Shown: positions 25,601-37,502, counted from the first letter of the whole stretch. The stretch is DNA of 56,818 nucleotides, filler included, from Diploschistes diacapsis (GCA_023645945.1; 6 parts of 6 records of this genome joined end to end with filler, not necessarily neighbours in it); one strand, 5' to 3'. The notes: generated by a model from the letters alone, not told the origin. Numbers and translations: made by a program.

Positions 25601-26244
25601 CCTACGACACGAGTAGTAGCGGATATATCACTACTCTTGCTCTCTGTTACATCGGAGCAGACCAGCTCACTGCTATGGAGGATGCGCTGCTCAAGCCGAA
25701 CTCAAAGTTCCACAATTACAGCCCGAACACTTCGCCCGTGTTCCAGCTGGTATCCCTTATCGACACTAGCTTCCCTCTTCTCGCGAATCCATCCATGGCC
25801 GGTGGAGGAGGTGGAACCGGAAGTGGCAATCCGTCTTCGACTTCGTCCTCCAACCCGAACATTGGAGATCTGGGCGCCAGCAGCGCTTCGCAGGGTTCCG
25901 TCAACACGACAGCCGTCGGTGCTGCAGTCGGTGCCGTTGGTGGAGCAGCTCTCTACGGTGCCATCATGTTCTTTATTGCCAGAAGGTACCGACAACGCCG
26001 TGCCGCGCACAGCCGATCGTCTTCCATGATCGATACTTCCAGCATGGCACAGAGCCATGGCGAGGCGGTGACCGGTGCAGCCTCGGCCCTGATGGGTGGA
26101 GGATTGGGTCACAACGGAGACCACGAGGCCGCGTACTATGGCACCAATGGTCGCAATTCAAGAGGGAGCGGGCACAGCGGAAGCTCTCGGGGACGCGACA
26201 TCTCTGCTCCCGTCATGGCCGAGAACTCTCTCGGATGGAATTGA
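22621..26244 (+). CDS. msb2: Signalling mucin Msb2 (Hkr1/Msb2 family)
   Basis: Signal peptide, Ser/Thr/Pro mucin region, HMH domain (LIQFAF..ALDYEFVV...IFLYLP.GVAYGL...MQSLMPYDT...GYITTLA), one TM helix followed by RRYRQRR, and the conserved C-terminus ISAPVMAENSLGWN. Confidence 0.93.
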   Translation: MVRLLKFAELAAVLLLVEGTVAIPNVPRYAPFPKHINRRQDPIANTSTPVNTPSTPIEQSTTPLGESTTPSGEPTTTAENDATSTPPTIPLPISTPTLSVSASASLGDGGSSTSNGASSTPDQASSTPGQASSTPGQASSAPDQASSTPGQVSSAPAQASSTPGLASSTPVQATSSPAQASPTPGQTSSTPGQASSSLGQASSTPGQASSTPGQASSTPAQVSPTPVQASSIPEASSSAFSPSESSPTASSPGSQSTAPVVSVSASVSNPIPPVTSLLSSLLPQPAPSQSLSDQPSSDTAQPSGSQTPNTQTRNPNPTESASQSGGNSNTVTPSNPLTVLTSLPASVSFSDSIPVSVPSVASTLPGSIPVSVPTSLPTTPISSLPGSIPSSTPPASTIIPVPVSTVSGPDGATTVLSTPGIVSSSVVPAPVSTISGANGVTTVLSTPGIVSSLTSVLSIPPITTTDASGSPTTIPAQSSTQVIPVSNTLSSPGIVSSLTSVLSIPPITTTDASGSPTIIPAQSSTQVIPVSNTLSSPGIVSSLTSVLSIPAITTTDASGSPTIIPAQSSTQVIPVSNTLSSPGIVSSLTSVLSIPAITTTDASGSPTIIPAQSSTQVIPVSNTLSSPGIVSSLTSVLSIPPITTTDVSGSPTIIPAQSSTVVIPVSVSSLTSLLSIPAITTTDASGSPTTIPAQSSTQVIPVTNTVSSSGIVSSLTSILSIPPVTTTDASGSPTTIPAQSSTAVIPVSNTVPSLSMSSSATSAGFTGTATPVSGSTGVTASASSPAASGTESHSGSVQPSVSGSQSGASGSATHTESGSQSGASGSAIHTESGTKPSATGASATGVSDSSAAPGSTGHASSGAVATPTEPNSAYPTTGATSIVATATDSLTAQFTPTTIVFDTTPTLAPTSTMSDTGIPTTLPGVIGNPYTNGTLPAPPEGMTLIQFAFKRALDYEFVVTHQSAIDEIFLYLPMGVAYGLTESPDAVVMQSLMPYDTSSSGYITTLALCYIGADQLTAMEDALLKPNSKFHNYSPNTSPVFQLVSLIDTSFPLLANPSMAGGGGGTGSGNPSSTSSSNPNIGDLGASSASQGSVNTTAVGAAVGAVGGAALYGAIMFFIARRYRQRRAAHSRSSSMIDTSSMAQSHGEAVTGAASALMGGGLGHNGDHEAAYYGTNGRNSRGSGHSGSSRGRDISAPVMAENSLGWN
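22960..23310 (+). repeat. 21-bp coding tandem repeat (QASSTPG units) in Msb2
   Basis: About 16 degenerate heptapeptide units. Confidence 0.85.
23950..24870 (+). repeat. 135-bp (45-aa) coding minisatellite in Msb2, about 7 copies
   Basis: Near-identical units GIVSSLTSVLSIPxITTTDASGSPTxIPAQSSTQVIPVSNTLSSP; one copy is internally shortened. Confidence 0.92.
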
Positions 26245-26945
26245 GCAATGCTCTTACGAATTTCAAAATTACGTATAAAGGGGCTTCCAAGGTCTTCAGG
26301 ACAAGTGCAACCGACTCATCGACGGCTCCTATATTTCGCTCCGGGTACCTGCTTCACCAGTACAAGATAGTTTATGTGTGTGTGTGTGCGAGACTTGACC
26401 AATCTATCCGGAGAATCATCAAAATCGCACATATCGGTTCTTTGCCGCATCCCAGCCGGAATGGCTGGGGGTTTTATACCCCTATAGTTTTCATTTGTTT
26501 CTACCTTTTCTTAGCTTAGCGCATTGACTGAGAAGAACTAGTGGTCATTGATTTTCTAAATTTCGGGAAGGGTAGATGGGAAGTTTGTATAGCTAGTGCA
26601 GCTATACCACAGAGTGGATGGAGGGAGTGATAGTGTATGCATCGAAAGCCGAACAGGGCTTTGTGTAAAGTGTTTGCTAGGAGATATTAATGCTCGGATA
26701 TTCATCAAAAAGCTGGTTTCTACCTTGAAGTGAAAATTAGGAATGTGCCCCCTCTACCCGGCCACCTCTCCAGCAAATGATCCATAGCGAAAGTACGGAA
26801 ACTTGTCTATTGCTTCATAAAATAAACAAGTAATACTGAAGCCCCCTCGCCATCATGATCATGGTTGTAGCTCTCGAAGCTGATCCTGGATAAACAGGGC
26901 TAGTAGCCAGTAGGCAAGCGATCTTCCAAGAACTGCAAGTCATTT

Positions 26946-26970
26946 ACGCGTGAGCGTCTCGCTTACGCGC
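26946..26970 (+). promoter_or_regulatory. MCB-like (MluI cell-cycle box) elements upstream of thymidylate synthase
   Basis: ACGCGT at 26946-26951 and ACGCGC at 26965-26970, 115-140 nt upstream of the ATG. Yeast CDC21 is a classic MCB/MBF target. Confidence 0.55.
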
Positions 26971-27082
26971 CCCTAAAGGCGTGCTTGTTGACGTTGAAGT
27001 CAGGCCCCTCCACAAATACACATTTGAAATCCACAAATGCCCCCATTACATCTACCCTGCCTCGATCCTACTGTCGACCATA

Positions 27083-28381
<1,299 letters not shown>

Positions 28382-28481
28382 NNNNNNNNNNNNNNNNNNN
28401 NNNNNNNNNNNNNNNNNNNNNNNNNTTAATTAATTAANNNNNNNNNNNNNNNNNNNNNNNNNNNNNNNNNNNNNNNNNNNN

Positions 28482-29486
28482 GGATCGGAAGGGGAGGGAG
28501 ATGCTGAGGGGTGGGATGGAGGTTTGGAAGGAGCAGAAGAGTGGTCAGTGGGAAGGGAAGGGTCGTAAAAGGGGATTATGGAGAGGCGACGGTAGATGGA
28601 GGCTTGGACCCGTTGTCAGCAATTGAGGTGGGAGCGGCCGTGGAAGAGTACATACTATAATCGCGATAGAAGCCTGTCCCGACCACCGACATCTTTCCTT
28701 TAGATCCCCCACTATCCGTGCCTTTCACCATTTCAAGGAGCCACCCCAACAACGACTTCTGCTGCTCTTCTCGCTTCTCACTTCCCTTCACGCCCGGATT
28801 CCGCTCACCTCCAATCTCGCCCCCGTACCACCCCTCTCCCCTTCTCACTACATACCCCATCCTCTTCAACCCCGCATAAACCACATATCGCTCCACGCTA
28901 CACCCGTCTCTCCCAGCCAGCATCGCATACGCAGCCTGCAAACTCACCGGCAGCCCCGCCCAAGGACCTTCCTCCGGCCACCTTACATCCAGACTGCCCC
29001 TTTCCAACAGATACAGCGTCTCCTCCGGCAGCAGATGCATCCTTCCCTCCCTATCCGCCCTGCCCATGGTGCGGAAGTGCTGCCCGCGCTGGCGCTCCAC
29101 TATACACATTCCTGTCTCGGGGTCGAAAGCGGCGATGATTTGCTGCTTCGGGTTGTGTAGGCGATGGTAGGAGAGAGCGCTGTGCATGGCTGCTTGCGAG
29201 GCGGCCAGGGTGGAGGCCTGGATATGGGTGCCGTGAGGCTCGAAGTCCTTCTCGCCGCGGCGGGGGAGTGTGGGGTTAGATGATGTACTTGACAAGGAGT
29301 GTTAGCTAGTGGGGAATGGGGAGGAGAGAGGGCCTAAGGGGTTCTCTGATAGTGAGGATGGAAGAGGGGGATGTACAGAGAGAGGCTGGAAAGAAAGCGG
29401 AAGTCTTGTGTTTCATCGTCGAGGTCGTTATCCTCGGCGCTGGCTAGGGCGGAGAGGCGAATGGCGTCTTCGTCGACGTCGGCCAT
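28482..29486 (-). CDS. SEN54: tRNA-splicing endonuclease subunit Sen54 (3' end lost in gap); at least 2 introns
   Basis: MADVDED...DETQDFRFL, LPRRGEKDFEP, RGQHFRTMG, LLPEETLYLLERGSLD, VSLQAAYA, YVVYAGLKRMGYVV. Confidence 0.92.
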
Positions 29487-30026
29487 AGTGGGGGAGGAGA
29501 ACTGGCGCCTGGCGCCAATGAGCTTCGATTCCCTAGGGATGCCACTGCGAGTGATGCCACTCTCGGTACGATACCGAAACTCTATGGGACTGGGGCGCAG
29601 CCGGTCCGAATGATACTACTGCGTGCTTGGCCTTGTTTCGAGTTTTTGAGGGCGGGAAATGTTTCGTCCCCAAAATCAGTAATTACTTATAGAGGTTAGC
29701 ATTCAAAGCGCGCCACAACCGAGTTGGTTTCCTGAAAGAGCTATGGAATAACACTAATCGCCACTGAGTATACAACCCTAGTAAATATACATGAGACTCT
29801 TCAAAGCACTGGTGAGTTGTCACTTTGAAACCAACTCAAAGGGCACAGTCCTGCGCCTGCCGTTCACTAGGGACTGTATCCAAATTTCACGATACAAAGA
29901 TTGCATAGTGTACGAAAGTAAGGGAGTTGGGAATCGCACCTTCTTCCATACAAGAATCCTGTCTTGTACTAAACCAAAAATTGAATCATTCAAAATCATT
30001 ATTGAGTGAAAATCTTGTTCAAACAT

Positions 30027-30175
30027 GGTGAGATGGCCGAGCGGTCCAAGGCGACACGTTTAGGCGAAAATTTCTTCACCGATCCGTGTTCCGAAAGGGC
30101 GTGGGTTCGAATCCCGTAAATATATCCTTCTAGCTTTCTTATGGAAATGTGTTAATCCTTTCCAGACTCTCATCA
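30027..30175 (+). tRNA. tRNA-Leu(UAG) with a canonical 19-nt anticodon intron (30065-30083) and a second, 50-nt GT-AG insertion in the T-stem (30116-30165)
   Basis: Acceptor GGTGAGA/TCTCATC with discriminator A, A-box TGGCCGAGCGG, anticodon stem ACACG/CGTGT with TAG at 30061-30063, long variable arm TCCGAAAGGGC, T-arm GTGGG-TTCGAAT-CCC|AC, and a T7 terminator at 30185-30191. Confidence 0.9.
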
Positions 30176-30184
30176 ATCCAAATC

Positions 30185-30191
30185 TTTTTTT
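30185..30191 (+). terminator. RNA polymerase III oligo-T terminator of the tRNA-Leu gene
   Basis: TTTTTTT about 10 nt after the reconstructed discriminator base; it is the first T-run of 4 or more after the tRNA start. Confidence 0.75.
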
Positions 30192-30468
30192 AAGTTATGG
30201 ATGAATGGGCAGTACTTGGGCTTTTTGAAGGCCGGGCGGAGTGGTACTATAACGGTATCACAGGGGCGCTGAGGCGGATGAATAGTTTGCTGGATGGCTA
30301 TGAGACCATGGTCATGAATAAAAATACAGAAATTATAAGGGAGCTGAACGGTTCAAGAACTTCGCCAAGAGATGGAATGATAATGGAGCAGTAATGGTTT
30401 GAATAAGGACCGCGAGCATACACACAGGCATGCCCCATTTTCTGCTCCATATACTTTGATGTCAAGTT

Positions 30469-31523
30469 TCAAGTACTACTTCGATTAACGCCAGCGTCTA
30501 GTATCATCCCAAAGACATCACTACCATAAAGTCCAAGCCCCGTGCCCACCCCCACAGCGGCGGCGCCAGCCTCCCGCATCCTCCTGTATCCCGCATGATC
30601 AAGCACTCCGCCTGTGCCAATTATCTCAATGTGTTTCAGGGCGGACGACGCATCCAGCATGCGCCGTATCGTCTTGACATTGCCCAGAGCTAGAGGATGC
30701 AGCGCAGCGCCCGCCATGGCTCCTATGCCTGTGCCAGAGGCAGAGTTGATGGCGGGCTCGCCGGAGTCTCGTGCGACGAAGCAGGAGCCGAGTGTGTTCG
30801 TCGCTGTAATGAACGCGACGGGACAGTGTCCGCGGTCTGCTGTGACGTCCTGAAGGCCTCCTATCAGAGTGTCGAATTGGCCTTGGTAGGTGTAAGGGGG
30901 TATTTTGAGACCGATTGGCAACTCGTTGTCGAGGATGCCGGGCTGACTCAAGACTTCGAGATATTCTCCTAGACGCGAGCGAGAGTATGCGGGTGGGGGT
31001 TTGTCAGGTATGTTTGGGCAGGAAAGGTTGATTTCCATGAACCAAGGCCAGTCCACAATTTGCTCTTTCCGCAGCAGACCATAGCACTTTACAACCTCTT
31101 CCGGCAAACCCGTGACTGAAAATATTACTGGTTTCTGGGAGCAATAATCGTCACGCTTGTAGATATCGATCATAATGTCGATGTAGTTCTGCAGTGGAAT
31201 CGGTGAGTATCCCAGAGTATTAAGACTGGACAGTGTGGTAGCCTGATCCTTTTTGACGCTTGGTAAATCGAAGTCGGATTTCATCTCATGCAGAGACTCC
31301 GCATTGAAGAAACAATACTGATGCAGGTTATCATTGTGTGCAAAGCCTTGTAGAAGACTGGTACGGATAGTTATGGCACCGGTATGCTTGGAGAAATAGA
31401 GATCCTCCAACTGTTCAGGACTCGATGCCCATCGATTTGAAGAGTTAAGGAGAGGTGGTCAAAGTTTAGCACCTTTATCTCGGCACTCTTATCAGAGTGG
31501 CAGAGTGAGGATGGAATATCCAT
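30469..31523 (-). CDS. Class-1A dihydroorotate dehydrogenase-like FMN enzyme (Ura1-like / dihydrouracil oxidase clade), apparent 1-nt frameshift near 31458
   Basis: Motifs PPLLNSSN.WA, GAITIRTSL, NTLGYSP, IFSVTG, EINLSCPNI, GLKIPPY, TATNTLG, HPLALGNV, IIGTGGV. The ATG at 31523 (MDIPSS...VLNFD) is out of frame with PPLLN by one base. Confidence 0.8.
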
Positions 31524-32073
31524 TGGCCAAGCGCCTAGATCTTCCGAAGTTTAAGACAGCTGAATGAGGCAAAGTTAATTTGTGAAAGACAATTCTATAG
31601 CAAAAAAGCTGACTTGATCGAGAACTAAGCCACGATACAATGGCGTTCTAATCAAACAGATAAACAGATCAAACAGGGTAACATACAATGATGGAGAATA
31701 TAGTGCTGAAACAATCGAAGTGGAAACCAGAATACAAATCTCGCAAATTCTGTATTTTGCGGACGAGAGATTCAGCTATACTATCGCCATCTGAGCCTGT
31801 AAGTTAGAGCAAGAGAGTTTTGCAGGTTGGGCTGTGCCAAGAAATCACATGTTGCCCGCTCTCAACCGTGATTGAGGTTACGCCGCCACGATCGTCTATT
31901 CTTTATTCTTCCTGAAATCGTGAGAACGGACGGATTCTATAATCAGGCTTTTAATTCCCTGAAAGCGAGAACATAACCTATTCCCGTCTATGACCAAACA
32001 ACACGGACAGTCTGAAACGCGAGATGGGTATTCTCCGTCTCAGCCTTGCAACGCCTGCATGCAGTGTATAGGC

Positions 32074-33705
32074 TCAAGCTTCGCCAAACTCCTTCACATC
32101 GGTCTTCTTACCAGATAACGCCAGGGGCACAATACCACTAACGTGCATCTCCGGACCGTAAACGTGCATGTCAAGCTTAAGCTCTTCGCCCACGGCTTTG
32201 ATATTCTTGAGGCCTTCCTGGTAATTGGGTCCAGCGCGTCGTACCCAAATCTGTACCTTGTGTTCGTTCAATGTGCTGGACACTAGTCTTAGGGCACGGA
32301 TAACACCCTTGAAGGTCGACGCAACCTGAGGACAATCAGTGCAGCCCTCGAGTCGTTTGGAAGCGCCAGCTTACGTTGGTGAAGTTAGCAATACCACCAC
32401 CTATGAAGAGTACTTTGCCTTCATCGTGCATTGGCGCCTTAAGCATTAGGTCAAAAACGGTGCGGGCGTAATGGAATGTCTGGGTCTCGGTTGGGGCTCC
32501 AGAGTATTCGCCATAATTCGCCAATTGCGAGGAAAATCCAGCCGAGGCAATAGCATCAGCGTAAACAACCGAAGCTCCACCGCCAGCAACCTGAGCTGTT
32601 AGTCAAAACCAATAGCCTCGAATAATGAACTGACCAATGTCCAAATGCGGCCCTCCGGGTTCAGAATGGTAAGCTTGAGCGAGGCACCGGTCTTTGCGTC
32701 CATCTCAGCGATGTAGGCTTCTTCTTTACTTAATTCACGGCCGAAAGGAGCCGGAAATTCCATTGGCGGGCCGGCATCAACGTTTACTTTACCGCTACCC
32801 GTTGTTGCCGAGGCAAGTCCAAGAGCTGCTGGACTTCTCGCAATCGCCCATTTCGTGCCACATTCGAATTCGGCTGTCTGGTCAAGTTTCGCTGCAAGAT
32901 CAAGAAAGTGTACCTCTGCGGAGGTGCCGGCAGAATTCGGGATCACGACTAGAGGATTGATCTCCAGGTAGGAGAACTGGCAGTCAACGTAAACGGCATA
33001 AAGACGCGAGATGAAGTCAATGAGGACATTGTGCACACCCTTTGGAACTTTCTTAAGCAAGGCCGAAGCAAGCTTTTCGTTGGAGGGATATTCGGCGTGA
33101 TCGATAGGAATCAGGATCTTCTCGGCTTTGGTGTCAACATCACCAACATCGACACCACCTTCGTGTGTGAAGAGAATCCAGTCGCCCTAGTACGGTTTGT
33201 CAATATCAAGACATGATGACAAAATGACTTAGCAGGGGCGATTTTGTGCATGGAGATAACGTACCTCTCTCACGGAGTTAATATTTATGTAGTACTCGGT
33301 GTCCGAGGGATGTGGAACAAAGGGCTCGACGAGAAATTGCCTGAGCACGCCGGTGACGGTCTCAACCTTTTGTGCTTTGCCTGCGCGAGCTTCAATCCAT
33401 TCTCGTACTTCTGGCCACGTCTTGTTTAATGCTAATAGCCCGCTCTTGCCTCGTCGCTTGATTAGCTGATCTGGTTTGGCAACGAATTTGGCACCCTTGG
33501 TGAGAAGCCATGGGTAAGTGGCTTCAGCTTGATCGAGGATAGACTGGACCGATGCATCTTCTGGAAAGTAAAGAGAGGCCAGTCGGGAGGGCGGGTTGTG
33601 TGTTGCAGAAGCAGGGAGAGGTGTAGACTTGATGACAGGAGCTCTGGTAAGGTGGTAGTTCAAGATGGCCTTGCCATCAGCTTCGAGGATTGATTTGGCG
33701 GACAT
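32074..33705 (-). CDS. acl2: ATP-citrate lyase small (ATP-grasp/N-terminal) subunit; 4 coding exons
   Basis: [81 protein letters not shown]. Confidence 0.96.
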
Positions 33706-34841
33706 CTTGCGAGAGAATGGAGTAAAGTAGGGGAAAGAAGCTTCTGGTTGTGAGCATACAGATTATCAATGGATAGCAATGGTGTGAGTGTACCTTCACC
33801 GCCTGGCAGAAGTCAGTCGCGCTGTGACTTATATGTATTGGATGTCAATCCTGAGTCTCCTACACAGTCAATGGATTAAGGTTAAAGCTGGCCTTTTGGA
33901 GTTCCGCAATAAAACAATCTTATGTATCTATCATGGATAAGAAGACATGAGTTCGTAGACAATCCTTGGTCTCCAGAGCTGTTCACCGGGGAATATTTTT
34001 TTTACAGCTTGCGGAGTTTGAGCTGCCCAGAGAGAGGGGGCTGAATTATTTAGCTCTGACAGGCTGGCAGCAGGTGGACTGACTGGGTGGACTGACTGGG
34101 TGGACCCTGACCTCCGTTTCCGTGTGTGTGTGTTGGGGTCAACCCCTGCGACGCAACCTGCAGTCCATCTACAGTCCATCTATGCCCAGCCTCTATCTAG
34201 CCTACGAATATGTATTGATGTATTGATAGCCCTCCAAATTAGGCGATCCACTAAAGTTAAACAAAGATCTGACACTGACACTGGAAAGTAAAAAAGTCAA
34301 AGAGCCCTCGGTGATTGCGCGGATGTTGATGCCGATGATGATGCAACGGGGAGTGCTTCAATGCCATCCAGTGCCGCTTGTGAACCGGACTTGGACTTTA
34401 TCCTACGTCGGGAGATGAATCTGTGTTCGTATCCCCAAAGTTTGTGGATACGGGGTACTAGTGGTGGGTTACAGCCAACAGTGTAAGGCCGTCAATGTCA
34501 AATACCGAAAAGGAGGAAAGAGAAGGTTCGGAGTTTCGGTGAAGAGTAAGTACTACTACACTACTACTTAGAAATTGACCCCAGGGGTTTCTGCTAGGGC
34601 AAAAGAAGGTTGAATTATGCCAAGCCCTATACCGAAAGAAAAAGAGAAAAAAGGCTCTAACTTACAGCGGGCGGAACATCGGCGGCTGACGGTGGTCTGA
34701 GGAAACTCTAAACTCCCGTATTTCTTTCAATTGGAGCATCAGCTTCTCATTATTCTAAATTCTGTGAGACTACACCACATCTGCCCGATGTCTTGAGCTT
34801 CAAAGCCTTTTCGCAGCTTTGACAGTCTAGCCACCCTCTCA

Positions 34842-37502
34842 ATGCCTTCCTCAAGCATCACTCCCCCGACACAGAATGGGGTGTCTCCTTCTGCTCAAGG
34901 GGCTTCCGCCAACGATTCCATCCGCCGCTTCACAGCACCGAGCAGACCGTTAAGTCCTCCGGCTGAGCATGTGCGGCTTCACATCCCCCTACCTCCGTAC
35001 AGGCCGGGCTAAAGGGCTTCCAGACACTTTTTCACAATAAGACTCGATGCTTCGTCTAGTAGGTCTTTTCTGCCAAGTCAGCCATGGCATGAAAACTCAC
35101 CAAGGAACAGTGGCCTTCAACCCCGAGCCGTCCAGGGCATGCTGGACTTCGACTTCATCTGCAAGCGCAGTACGCCCTCGGTAGCCGGTATAATCTACAC
35201 TTTCGGTGGCCAGTTCGTCAGCAAGATGTTGGTCTCGGCACTGGAAAGGGCATCACCATACTGACGAATCCAGGTACTGGGGAACAAGCGAAACCCTGCT
35301 GCCAGTCTATCAGAGCGTTGAAAAGGCAATGGCAAAGCACTCTGACGTGGACACCGTGGTTAACTTTGCCTCGTCCCGTAGTGTATACACCTCGACAATG
35401 GAACTCATGGAATTCCCGCAGGTCAAAAGTATTGCCATCATTGCCGAAGGTGTTCCAGAGAGACGCGCTCGTGAAATCCTCAATGTCGCCCAGAAGAAAG
35501 GTATCACCATCATTGGCCCCGCCACGGTGGGCGGGATCAAACCCGGCTGCTTTAAGATTGGGAATACTGGAGGAATGATGGAAAACATCATCTTCTCGCG
35601 TCTGTATCGCAAGGGCTCTGTCGGCTATGTCTCAAAAAGCGGAGGTAAGTTCTCTTTGACTGACAGTTGGCTAGTCACTCACATCTTTTATTCAAGGTAT
35701 GTCGAATGAGCTGAACAACATCATCTGTAACAACACAAATGGTGTTTATGAGGGCGTTGCCATTGGCGGTGATAGATATCCTGGCACCACGTTCATTGAC
35801 CATTTGCTGCGGTACCAGGCCGACCCAGCATGTGAGTTACTCGTTCTTCTCGGTGAAGTCGGGGGCGTGGAGGAGTACCGTGTCATTGAAGCTGTCAAGA
35901 ATGGCACCATCACAAAACCAATTGTTGCATGGGCGATTGGCACGTGTGCCAGCATGTTCAAGACCGAGGTCCAATTCGGCCACGCAGGAGCTCTCGCCAA
36001 TTCGCAGCTTGAAACGGCCGTTAACAAGAACAAGGCTATGGCCGAAGTTGGTATTCACGTACCAGCAACTTTCGAGGAAATGCCCGCTCTCCTCAACAAG
36101 ATCTATAAGCAGATGGTAGCGGATGGAACAATCAAGCCGGCACCGGAGCCAATCCCACCAAAGATTCCCATCGATTACTCTTGGGCCCAGGAACTTGGCC
36201 TTATTCGCAAACCCGCTGCATTCATCTCTACTATTTCCGACGATCGTGGCCAAGAGCTTCTGTATGCCGGCATGCCAATCTCGGATGTCTTTAGGGAGGA
36301 TATCGGCATTGGTGGTGTTATGGCCTTGCTTTGGTTTCGTCGTCGACTACCAGATTATGCTACAAAGTTTCTTGAGATGGTTCTCATGCTTACAGCCGAC
36401 CGTAAGAATCCATCCGAATTGATAATCCAACTGACTAACGCTGGCTAGATGGTCCTGTGCGTACTTATTCGTTCCTCCTTTCCTTCTCACCCACTACTTA
36501 TTAGTCGCCTTTCTGCTTTTTTTTCCCCATTAATAAATCTTGTCATTACTGACTTCCATAGGCCGTTAGCGGAGCCATGAACACCATTATTACGACAAGA
36601 GCAGGAAAAGATCTCATCAGCGCTCTGGTTTCGGGTCTCTTGACTATTGGTTCTCGCTTCGGTGGTGCCCTAGATGGTGCTGCTGACGAGTTCACGAATG
36701 CCTATGATAAAGGCCTCAGTCCTCGCGAGTTTGTTGACACTATGCGGAAGGAGAACAAACTTAGTGGGTACCGCGGTCATGACTGGAAAATAGGTGCTGA
36801 TATGTGATAGTTCCCGGTATTGGACACAAGGTCAAGTCAAGGAACAACCCAGATCTCCGTGTCGAGCTAGTCAAGGAATTTGTGAAGAAACGCTTCCCTT
36901 CGTGCAAGATGCTCGACTACGCGATCGCCGTTGAAACCGTCACGACTTCAAAGAAGGATAACCTGATTCTAAACGTGGATGGGGCGGTGGCGGTGTGCTT
37001 TGTGGACTTGATGAGGAATTGTGGAGCCTTTTCCGCAGAAGAGGCCGAAGACTACATGAAGATGGGTGTACTCAACGGGCTCTTCGTTCTAGGACGAAGG
37101 TGAGTTTTTCTACAGTCGTTGTGTTTTCCCGATGCCAGTCGCGGTCTGCTCGCCAAGCATTGCACACTTTACCAGACCATTTTCTTCCGATCATTGCACA
37201 CATCCAAATGCCCGGGCATTACAAAACCTTTATTTGGCCAACACACTCGACATTTCAATCTTGGATATCCTTAAAGGACTTTAGGCTAACAAGCTTTCTA
37301 GCATCGGTCTTATCGCCCACTATCTCGATCAGAAGAGACTAAGGACAGGTACATGGGCTGCCATGCTTTTCCCTGCCAATTAGCTAATCAAGTGTCAGGT
37401 CTTTACCGGCATCCATGGGATGATATTACATACCTTATGCCAAGCTTGGCAAAGGGCGCGGGACCACCTGGTAACGAAGGCCGTGTAGAGGTGGCCTTGT
37501 AA
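34842..37502 (+). CDS. acl1: ATP-citrate lyase large (CoA-binding/citrate synthase-like) subunit; 10 exons including an 8-nt microexon
   Basis: [46 protein letters not shown] (phospho-His), [33 protein letters not shown]. Nine GT-AG introns reconstructed in frame; divergent from acl2. Confidence 0.96.

Noticed and set aside
31850..32045. Several short hairpins downstream of acl2
   Set aside because: Stems are short and compatible with chance or an ordinary 3' UTR; no ncRNA motifs.
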